Origin: Eledone cirrhosa
Lineage: Eukaryota
Direction: 5' to 3'
Length of the DNA: 64,000 bases
Assembly (NCBI GenBank): GCA_964016885.1
Contig: OZ024743.1
Coordinates: forward strand, 226,052,001 to 226,116,000
Within the stretch, counting starts at the first letter, position 1, and every line of letters starts with the position of its first letter. Below the pieces are notes generated by a model. It was not told the origin of the DNA. It did no database searches and worked only from the letters and a program-made list of their open reading frames with translations. This document shows positions 53,000-64,000 of the stretch, piece by piece. The position numbers and the translations under genes were made by a program.

Positions 53000-55621
53000 T
53001 TAGCCTAAGAAAATATCTATATGCGTGTGTAATTTATACACGCATATATTTATTTTTTTAATTTCAATTGAGTTCTTAACACGTTGGATTGATAATGTTT
53101 TCGAAAAAACTGATTAACCCGCGTGTATATTATTTTTTTTTCCTCCTTTCGTGGATCGTGGTTGTCTCCCCTTCCCGCTTAGTGACACTATAATACTTCC
53201 TCAGTCAAAAACTGCTGGAATTTCAAATTTGCCGGTCATTCGATGCGGGAAGGAGCAACTTAACGGACACGATTTTTAACTGTGGTAAGAAATGTTTTTC
53301 TTATATCAAAGTTTATTGGGCTTCCACTGATGATTTATAAGCGCCCACCTAAATATATTCTTACATGAATGTATATTAGGCTTCTACATAAACTGGAAAT
53401 ATTCTCCGAATTTGAAGAAAACTTATAATGAAACAATTGTTTGGAAAGAGAGAAATATTTTAACTTTAATTACATCTCATAAAATAATACAACTGGCTTT
53501 TCCACATAATACATATTGTTAGCACCCCAAACACTTAAATTGGGTTTATATTAAAATATAACCTAATATTTGTTGAGTGAGATGGTTACCAGTCAGAGAT
53601 TAGCTTTAAACTATCTCTGTTATTGTATTAATATTTTACTCTTGATTGGCCAGATGTGTTTATTTCCAGGTACATTATAAATTTGACTTTCCGTATTTAT
53701 TACTGTTGTGCGATATTGTGGTTTTTATTGGTTGTAACTTCTCTGTTTTTTAGCCTAAGAAAATATATATATGCCTATGTATATAATTACATGCATACAT
53801 TTATTTTTTCAAATTAATTGAGTTCTTTACACGAGGAATTGATATTGGTTTTGAAATAACTAATTAACCCGAGTGTGTTTTATATTTTACTCTTAATTCG
53901 GCCGGAGATTTACATTCCCATTTGCCCTTTAAAGCATAACTTTCCGTATTTACTACGGTTACGAGATGCAGTTTCTTATTCAGATACAACCTCTTGTTTT
54001 AGCCTAAGAAAATATCTATATGCGTGTGTAATTTATACACGCATATATTTATTTTTTTAATTTCAATTGAGTTCTTAACACGTTGGATTGATAATGTTTT
54101 CGAAAAAACTGATTAACCCGCGTGTATATTATTTTTTTTTCCTCCTTTCGTTGATCGTGGTTGTCTCCCCTTCCCGCTTAGTGACGCTATAATACTTCCT
54201 CAGTCAAAAACTGCTGGAATTTCAAATTTGCCGGTCATTCGATGCGGGAAGGAGCAACTTAACGGACACGATTTTTAACTGTGGTAAGAAATGTTTTTCT
54301 TATATCAAAGTTTATTGGGCTTCCACTGATGATTTATAAGCGCCCACCTAAATATATTCTTACATGAATGTATATTAGGCTTCTACATAAACTGGAAATA
54401 TTCTCCGAATTTGAAGAAAACTTATAATGAAACAATTGTTTGGAAAGAGAGAAATATTTTAACTTTAATTACATCTCATAAAATAATACAACTGGCTTTT
54501 CCACATAATACATATTGTTAGCACCCCAAACACTTAAATTGGGTTTATATTAAAATATAACCTAATGTTTGTTGAGTGAGATGGTTACCAGTCAGAGATT
54601 AGCTTTAAACTATCTCTGTTATTGTATTAATATTTTACTCTTGATTGGCCAGATGTGTTTATTTCCAGGTACATTATAAATTTGACTTTCCGTATTTATT
54701 ACTGTTGTGCGATATTGTGGTTTTTATTGGTTGTAACTTCTCTGTTTTTTAGCCTAAGAAAATATATATATGCCTATGTATATAATTACATGCATACATT
54801 TATTTTTTCAAATTAATTGAGTTCTTTACACGAGGAATTGATATTGGTTTTGAAATAACTAATTAACCCGAGTGTGTTTTATATTTTACTCTTAATTCGG
54901 CCGGAGATTTACATTCCCATTTGCCCTTTAAAGCATAACTTTCCGTATTTACTACGGTTACGAGATGCAGTTTCTTATTCAGGTACAACCTCTTGTTTTA
55001 GCCTAAGAAAATATCTATATGCGTGTGTAATTTATACACGCATATATTTATTTTTTTAATTTCAATTGAGTTCTTAACACGTTGGATTGATAATGTTTTC
55101 GAAAAAACTGATTAATCCGCGTGTATATTATTTTTTTTCCTCCTTTCGTGGATCGTGGTTGTCTCCCCTTCCCGCTTAGTGACGCTATAATACTTCCGCA
55201 GTCAAAAACTGCTGGAATTTCAAATTTGCCGGTCATTCGATCCGGGAAGGAGCAACTTAACGGACACGATTTTTAACTGTGGTAAGAAATGTTTTTCTTA
55301 TATCAAAGTTTATTGGGCTTCCACTGATGATTTATAAGCGCCCACCTAAATATATTCTTACATAAATGTATATTATGCTTCTACATAAACTGGAAATATT
55401 CTCCGAATTTGTAGAAAACTTATAATGAAACAATTGTTTGGAAATAAGATATATTTTAACTTTAATTATATCTCATAAAATAATACAACTGGCGTTTCCA
55501 CATAATACATATTGTTAGCACCCCAAACACTTAAATTGGGTTTATATTAAAATATAACCTAATGTTTGTTGAGTGAGATGGTTACCAGTCAGAGATTAGC
55601 TTTAAGCTATCTCTGTTATTG

Positions 55622-55626
<5 letters not shown>
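52997..55626. repeat. 999-bp tandem repeat, ~2.6 copies, TA-flanked
   Basis: Identical ORF starts at 53875 and 54874; internal ~250-bp sub-duplication. Confidence 0.9.
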
Positions 55627-55675
<49 letters not shown>

Positions 55676-56336
55676 TTACCGAATGTCTTCGTACTTTTAA
55701 ATTCGTGATATAGCATCAGGTTTGACTTCTTCCCTAAATACTAAAATAACAATAATAAATAAATATTAAATAAAACCATCATTAATATAGTAAATATACT
55801 ATATTTCTGCATCATTCGTATGTCATGTCAGTGTACTTCCTCTATTGTCTTCCATGTATTAATTAATTTTAATAGAAAAAATGGGACTGTACGCTTATAT
55901 TTTACGTCATTAAAATAATAATAAAAAAATAATAAAAACATTTATGTGATTTCAAGTTAAATTAATTACGATGAGATGCACCGATGTGATATAAAGACAC
56001 CGAAAAGTACATTTACAGATAATAGGAAAAAGGAAACAATATCATATAAACCTTAACTTTCATACCTTATTGCAGATGATGGGTAAAAATAAATCATTCC
56101 TTAATTGCAATATATAATAACTAAGTTTTTACTAGATTCGATCTTTCACACTATGCTTTATATTGATGGTTTTATGTGATGAAAGAAGTATTATATTAAA
56201 GATAGTCAATGCAAGACCTCTATTCTAGGCATTCTAGACGTTACCTGGGAAATATAGAGTTCAATTATTCGTAGCCACCGCTATTAATATTTTTCCGTCT
56301 CTAGGGAGCTTTCCTCGATTTTTTAAATCTTATAAT

Positions 56337-56669
56337 AATAATTGTTTCAACTTTTGGCACAAGGCCAGCAATTATCCCAGTACATTACTGGTACTTTATT
56401 TTATCGACCCCGTAAGGATGAAAGGCAAAGTTAACCTCGGCGGAATTTGAACTCAGATCGTAAAGGGACGTAACTATGCTGGAAAGCATGTCCGACCCTC
56501 CACCAATACTGCCAATTCACCGCCCTTATAATAATAATTGTTTCTACTTTTGGCACAAGGCCAGCAATTACCCGGTACATTACTGGTATTTTATTTTATC
56601 GACCCCGTATGGATGAAAGGCAAAGTTAACCACGGCGGGATTTGAACTCAGATCATAAAGGGACGTAAC
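56337..56669 (-). mobile_element. Two tandem SINE family A copies
   Basis: 56337-56525 and 56533-56669. Confidence 0.85.
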
Positions 56670-56994
56670 AATAATAATGGTTTCTAATTTATGTACAAAG
56701 GCAGAAATTTTGAGGTGGGGAAGCACGTTTGTTATATCACCTGCTATTTATATTTCTTTCTTTTCTATTTCCCGTAACTCTTAATGGAGTCGTATGGGCA
56801 CCGTATTAACGTGCGCTGTTTCTAGGGCATATTTTTCAAATCTGGTGGTACCCATCTCATCTCCAGCTCTGAATACAGCATATTTCTTCCAGAGAAGGAT
56901 ACAGAGTAAGAGGAAGGAAGTGAGAAAGACATATAGAGGAAGAATCGACCACAGTAGTGGACTGGTGCATTTTTATCGACCGTGTGAATGGGTG

Positions 56995-57176
56995 AACGGT
57001 AGAGCGCCAGACACCAGGCTTTACATCATAGAGTTATGGCCCTTTGTGTTCTGAGTTCAAATCCCGCCGAGGTTAACTTTGCCTTTATGTTATCGATCCT
57101 TACGGGATCGATAAAATAAAGTACCAGTAATGCACTGAGTAATTGTTGGCCTTGTGCCAAAAGTAGAAACAATTAT
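56995..57176 (+). mobile_element. SINE family A
   Basis: B box and 3' part. Confidence 0.8.
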
Positions 57177-57914
57177 TGATCTCAAAAGTATGAAAGGCTA
57201 AGTTGACCTCTGAATTTGAACTCCGAACCTAAAGAGCCGTAACTATATGCCGTGAAAAAATATACATGAGTTGTACCGATAAACAGCCACATCACAAGCC
57301 AACTAAAACTAAGAAGCCTTTAAGAGGCCTCATAATATGCTAGAAATAGCAGCCAAATCACAGCCTGCAGTCTTAGAATAGAACACGTTCGATGATGTGG
57401 TTCTAGATTCCATGGATATACGAAAAAAACAGGGTTGGTCACGACTGGAATGCCTGCGCGATTACAGCTAACGTACGGTTAAGCAATAACAGCACCATCA
57501 ACAATAATAGCAAAAACACCATCAACAACAACAAAGACAAAAACCATCATCATCAAACCACCATCACTACCACCGTCATCATTACCACTGACAACAACTC
57601 CGTCCCCCCCTTCTCACCACCACTACCACCAACACCCACACCACTACCACCAACACCCACACCAACATCACTACCACCAACAGCAACATTATAACTACGA
57701 CTGCCAACAACACCGTCAGTCCCTCTCACCACCACTATCAACAACAACATCATCACCACCACCACCACCACCACCACCAATAACAGTTCCTATATAGTTT
57801 AAGCAATGTTTATTCCTCCGTCCCCAGAGAGTCGTTAATGCAACTAAAAGCTCCCTTCCTTCTCTCTCAATAAAGAAGATTACCTTATAGTTATAGGCAT
57901 ACGTACATACATAC

Positions 57915-57983
<69 letters not shown>

Positions 57984-58244
57984 TTGTCTCGGTAATATAT
58001 TAATGCACTGCAGCCATTATCTTGACGCAGTAAAGTACTCAAACCATCCATTCAAAGTAAATCTCTTTTCTCTAAACTACATCTTATCTAATTTTTCCTG
58101 GCCAAATTCAATCATTATCATCATTATCTTCACCGTCATTATCATCCTCATTGTTATCGTAATCGTCAACTTCCTCGTAGCCACCATCACCACCACCACC
58201 ACCAACATCATCATCTTCATCATCAACATCGTCGTCGTCGTCGT

Positions 58245-58900
58245 CGTCTCAGTCATTTTCCGGTCTACGCCAGAGTCAAACAGCGGGGCGTGGCTCAATC
58301 CGATGCTCTCACCAGTAACCGTTGCCCTTCTACTTTGATGATTAGTGCCACCGCCTTGGAGTAGCTCGGTCCTTTGTCATATGTGAAGCCATGGTCAATG
58401 AGTATAGATTACACCTGCTCTCATGTCGAGACAGTGTAAGCTGTTTACTCAGGTACGCCACCCTGACTGACATCATCACAAATAGCTTTAATGTAACCGG
58501 CTTTTTATCAGGACTGGTGCCTGTCGACATTGACCATGGTGTTAGTTTGTGCCATGACGCTATAGCCCTTTGCGCGCTCAAGCTAATAAATGTTCAATCT
58601 ATGACACAACATGCAGTGACACGTTCTCTACATCCAAACCTGTTGCTTTAGCTTCAAACTGAGGCGCTACCGCCCGTAACGCAGAGGTGCGTAAGATATT
58701 CAAATAACCAGACTTGACCAAACGCTTCGTTTTCGTAGCGGTTACGGTCGAAACTACTAAAGTCCTCCCTCTCCGATTGCCGTTTGATTCAGCAAAATCG
58801 GAGGGAGTGTAGCTCCCCATGAAATGAAAATCAGAAATATCGGGTGTCGCTGGCTATTCCCTGTAGCAATGCTTTTGCTATTGTGTACGAGACTTGCAGC
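58245..58900 (+). mobile_element. Decayed CRE-like non-LTR fragment (zinc knuckle + restriction-like endonuclease)
   Basis: PESNSGAWL, HLLSC..RY..L.DII, YDTTCSDTF..AEVRK..DL..RFVFVAVTVET across broken frames. Confidence 0.65.
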
Positions 58901-59327
58901 CGATTTATACTACTCAGCCATGGAAGTAGAGTTTGCCGCTCATTTCCTCCTTCTCACTTCCTCAATATTTAACCATCCACATTTTTTTCGTTCTTTGTTT
59001 CTTCGCTGTCTTATCTCAAAATAAAATACTTTCATTATTGTTTTTCGTTCTTATTTTCTTTGTCTGTATATTTATCTTAAAATAAAATACTTTCATCATT
59101 GGAAACGTCTGTTCAACAATAAAGTATATTATTTATTATACTGAAAAAACAACAACATCATCTATAAGTTACTGGACATTATTATGAGGAATACTTTCGA
59201 TAGAGTAGAAACAACATCGCTATAAACAATACTGCAATTGTTCACAGCACAGTTGTGCTCATTAATTCAGTGACAGCTCGCAATGGAAATAAGGCTAATG
59301 TGAATAGTTTCAGTTTTAGTAACACGA

Positions 59328-59515
59328 GGGCGGTGGATTGGCAGAAACGGTAGGGCATCGGATACCATGTTTTGAAGCATAGAGTTTTGGCCCTTTTCGT
59401 TCTGAATTCAAATCCCGACGAGGTTAGCTTTGCATTCTATCCTTATGGGATCAATTTAATCGACTTTCCCCTCCCCAACATTGCTGGTCTGGTCCCTATA
59501 GTAAAAATCATTATT
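59328..59515 (+). mobile_element. SINE family A (diverged)
   Basis: GGCGGTGGATTGGCAGAAACGG.. A box, B-box-like. Confidence 0.75.
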
Positions 59516-59711
59516 GGGAATTCATATTTTAAATTATAGTAGCAGGGTAATAAATAAAGTACTAGGTAGTAAATTTAATCCACTCCCTCTCCGTACAAAA
59601 TCCTGGCCTTGAGCTTAAATTAGAAACCATTGTATTTATAAATCAGAGAACTGTCAAATTACTATTTTTACCCCTCAGTAATTCCGTGTATTTCGTTCGA
59701 ATAGAGATTAT

Positions 59712-59744
<33 letters not shown>

Positions 59745-59801
59745 ATTATATATACATATATATATATATATATTTGTGTATCTCCCCATCTCTCTCTATC
59801 T

Positions 59802-59905
<104 letters not shown>

Positions 59906-60274
59906 CCATATAATATGATATAATATGATATAACATAATATAATATAGCTCCAGATTTACCATAGTTTGAAACTGAATTAAGAAATATAAATGTCATATT
60001 TCATATAATTTGCCTATAGTTCTGCAAAGATGTATTTGGTTTTACGATGTAGCAAACAATTCTAAATAGATTGAACAGAGATCTGACAATTGTTAAACAA
60101 GGTAGAAAAGTCTGTTTAAAATTCCAGACTGAGAGGAGTCAAACGAATCGGAAAGTAAGACAGAAATACACTTAACTGGTTTTCTAGTTTTAGATTTGTT
60201 TAACATTCAACAGGAAACCGTCCATTAAATCGTGGATGGGGAATATATACTATGTGCATATATGTATATATATT

Positions 60275-60349
60275 TGGTGTCCCTCCCAAAATGTATACAT
60301 ACTTTAACAGCATCCTTATCAAAGTGTGTATACATTTTGGGGAACACCT

Positions 60350-60353
<4 letters not shown>
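60275..60353. mobile_element. ~80-bp Tc1/mariner-type MITE hairpin
   Basis: GGTGTCCCTCCCAAAATGTATACA..TGTATACATTTTGGGGAACACC. Confidence 0.5.
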
Positions 60354-60420
<67 letters not shown>

Positions 60421-60423
<3 letters not shown>

Positions 60424-60568
60424 AACCAGTAAGACCCCGACGGCTGAGCTCAAGCCGTTTCGACGGCTAATTCTGGTCTTACTGGTTCCTATTACCCACT
60501 CTACTACCCCAAGTATTGAGTACTTTGGTGCGTTATGGTCCACCTGGTTCCTTACCACATTTCCTTCG

Positions 60569-60570
<2 letters not shown>
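60421..60570 (+). mobile_element. Tiny TA-flanked fold-back element
   Basis: AGGAACCAGTAAGACC/GGTCTTACTGGTTCCT, inner AGCCGT-TTCG-ACGGCT hairpin, tail with ACTC..TTGAGTAC. Confidence 0.65.
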
Positions 60571-60637
<67 letters not shown>

Positions 60638-60777
60638 TCATGTTAGACCTTTGTCGGTGCCGACGACGAGTGCTTTTCGAACAACCTGCTCGTGAAATTT
60701 ATATGCAAGTGGCTGAGCATTCAGCTGGCATATGTACTTCATTGTAGTTTTTTACACGTTTTTAGAGACAGCAAGGA

Positions 60778-60930
60778 AAGCGGTGCATTGGCGGAGTCAT
60801 TAAAACGTTGGATAGAGTATTTTGTGGTATTTGTTCCAGCTTTCTGCTCCCTGGGTTCAGCTCCCGTCGAGGTCAACTTTGACTTTTATTCTTTCGGGGT
60901 CGATAAAGAAAGTACCAGATTAGTCCTGGG
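60778..60930 (+). mobile_element. SINE family A (old copy)
   Basis: GAGGTCAACTTTGAC..TTTCGGGGTCGATAAAG..GTACCAG. Confidence 0.65.
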
Positions 60931-61629
60931 TCAGTTCTTCCTCTATATTTCTTTCTCACTTCCTCTCCCACTTTCTATCCTTCTCTGAAAGAAATCTGTT
61001 GTACTCAGGCCTGGAGTGGGGTGGCCTCCACCAGGCTTAAATTACCCAAGAAACCCCATACATTAATATGGCATCCCTACGACTCCATCATGAGTTACGT
61101 GACCATATAATGCCATAGACAGCAAGGTTAAAATTATAAAGTGGCGAATTGGACGTCGGATAACATGTTTTGCCATATTTGTTCCTGACTATCAGTTCTC
61201 AAACCACATCAAGCTCGATAAAAATTGTACCAGTCTAGTTCTGTGGTTGATCTTTCCTCTATATCTCTTTTTCATTATCACATTGTCTCGCGCCCCACTC
61301 TTATTTTTTGGACAAAATGGACTCTGTGTAGACCTAAAGAGGGATTGGCTTACTAAAGTTTAAAATACCCCTAGGACTTTATTAGGATTGAAGAGCTTAG
61401 CAGAAAGAAAATGAAGGCTATGTGTATTTAAAACATGTATATCGCACATTTAGAATTACCAAATAAATAAATAATAAATAAAATACAAATAATAATAAAC
61501 AACGGTGTAGTGCAGCATGAATAAATTAATAAATATTGTAGTTGTCATGTTGTGAATCAGGTTATGGTCATTCATTAGGAAATTGTATACGAACATTATT
61601 TTGAACATTATTTTTATGCCAGCGTTTAG

Positions 61630-61825
61630 AAATCAATTAATTCGTTATTCTCAGCAATTTGGCAGGGTAACAAATTACATTAAACTTCTGTGCAAGCCTA
61701 GGTCTGCATCTGTTTGAACCGTTTCTATTTGGTTCCACGAAGTCTACGATTGACCAGGATTTTATAAATGTATTGCTTAATTTTCTTCCCATCAACACTC
61801 CCTGTCTTTGTTCAGTTTTCAATAT
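61630..61825 (-). pseudogene. Degenerate PLE3-type GIY-YIG C-terminus
   Basis: WSIVD..PNRNGSNRC..L..KF..I..LL resembles the W..Y..C.LCL.EK..I..N pattern at 46281. Confidence 0.5.
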
Positions 61826-64000
61826 AAAGCCAGTAAGTTCTTTTATACATACTCTACAACATATATTTCGGCATATTTTCTGTACAAATTATACTCTATG
61901 CCGCCTACCCAAACTCTGACTTTTCTATTAATGAATTTATATTTAGACTCATGTTTTAATAAGTTTAATAGTAAAAAGAAAAGAAGGAAAGAGTCCCCTT
62001 TGATTATGACTGGCCATGGGTTTGGCAACGATGACAGTATGATCAGGGATTTGCATTTCCGACGCACAAGCACCGGAATAATGTTCTGTGGAAGACGAAC
62101 AGTCACCCATGTATGCACAGCTCTTCTCTCCACGACAATGATGTTATTCAAAGAAATGGCAACGACAAATCCAGCTCGGCATCGAGTTTTCCAGCCAATG
62201 TGAAATAAATAAATAAAAAATTTATCAAGCATTCAACACATCCTGGGTCCGGGAATCGAACTCATGATCGCGAGCCCACTAAGCCACGCATCTTCCAATT
62301 GCAATACAGTGGATGCTGAATCAGAGAGTAATAAATATGGTCAATTTGAATATTGTTTTATAAAATATAAAGCATATTGATCTAAAGAGGGAGTCACATA
62401 CCTCATCTACTAAATACAGACGAACAGCAATTACCCCACTCTGATCGACTCCACCATGCCCACTACAATAATTTATAAACATACGTGGTAACGAGGGAGC
62501 TTTTACGTAGTCACTCGACTTGTTAGAAATAGTAGCCAAAGTGCCCTTCAACCTCCATTCGTTGTCAAAACAAAACACTCTTTGGATAATGTAGTTCTGG
62601 ATACATTATTCCAATAAAACAAAAGAGGGGAAGGTCGTGCCTGGAATGCCACCGATCGAATGACTGCTCAAAAAGGCTAAAGAGCATCAATAACAACATA
62701 AAATGTGTACATGAGACAACTCGGGAATCTCTACGACCTACTAACATTTACAGAGAAGTCTTCAGCAAATTACACCCTACCCATCTTCATCCTTAAAAAC
62801 AGGACATATTGGATAGTGAAACACTATGTCGGGGAAAAAACTTGAAATGGGAGTTGCTGGAATGCTTTTGATCATAGGTCCGCTTGATCAGTGTTGCCCT
62901 ATGGCTAAATAACGCTACATGTGCACATATATAGAAAAAGTGTGGGTAGTAGAGAGAATACATGCCGAGACGTACGTACTGCATGTCGGAGTTAGCAGCC
63001 TGATTCTGAGCTTGGTTGAGAGGCTGAAATATAATATAATTGAAAAAGAAGGATGTCTGTCGAGCTCTTAGCCATTCGGCTGACAAACTACGTTCGAAAC
63101 GACAACTCGACGTGAGGAGAGACAGCGAATCACTAAGCAGTAGTGTTAGAAATAATTGACGAATCTCACTTTAAATTATTAAAATACACTCTTTACAAGT
63201 AATATTAATAAAAAAAGAAGAATTTCTATATTAGATAATATATTTTTAACATCTCTAAAACAGGATTACGCATGGAAAGTCTTTGATCTGTGTAGAGAGT
63301 CCCACGTTGTTTGTCATCATCATTAAATGGTTGCCTAACCACATTAGATTAATCTCATAATGTACTTGTAAATGCCAGTTTATAATACAACTCATTTATT
63401 GGATTCGGTTTCATATTTCCATATGTCGATGAGCTATATACACTCATGTTACATATTTACAGCTAATCACAATACAGCCTTCAAACTCAACCGCCTGCAG
63501 TGACATTATAGATAAATAATAGAAACAACAGATTAATAATAACCACAGAGCAACAACAGTTAACTTCACAAAATGCTGTTGGATTGATATTCAGTCCCTT
63601 TAATACTAAATTGCCAAGAAGCCGGGTCAGGTTCTATGATAGAAAACTGTTTGTTTTAAGGCGTGTATATTCATTTACAAAATCCCTCCATCATAATATG
63701 TAAGAACATTTGTTAAATTGTATTCCAAATACAATTTACTGCAAACGTTAGATACATTAAGTCTATCCAGTATTATTTTCAAAATTAGTTGAAAATCAGA
63801 GTCACTATTTTTTCATTATAAATTAGGTATGGAACAGTTTAAAACTGTTTCATTGTTGTGGTGATTCTATATTATAGAGAAAAATACCAATAGCTCTGGT
63901 AGCGTGGAGGACCAGGTGCATGACATTGGAAGTTTTCAGATGAGGGTTCCCAGAATATTTCCTTAGTAAAGCCTACGGGCTTAACAGTTGTGCGCAAAAG

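Overview
AT-rich, microsatellite-dense metazoan DNA; the repeat content (tRNA-derived SINEs, TA/ATCT/AAT arrays) looks most like an octopus-type cephalopod genome. I see no host protein-coding exon; most short ORFs are microsatellite translations. The window is dominated by retroelements: one apparently intact Penelope-like element (PLE; 1209-aa RT + GIY-YIG ORF with partial-tandem pLTR and inverted 5' arm), a related truncated PLE, three further PLE endonuclease remnants, fragments of Tx1-, RTE-, R4/Dong- and CRE-like non-LTR elements, ~20 SINEs, a Helitron-like element and MITEs. The main unannotated signal is about 20 type-I hammerhead ribozyme (HHR) motifs, folded by eye. Many lie in short non-coding, TA-embedded fold-back or direct-repeat elements. 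Some of these end in the PLE 3' terminus (one is identical over 83 nt); others share an ACTC...TTGAGTRC hairpin just beyond the inverted arm. This suggests ribozyme-bearing non-autonomous elements mobilised by PLE reverse transcriptases, although extreme 5'-truncation of PLEs not seen here cannot be excluded.
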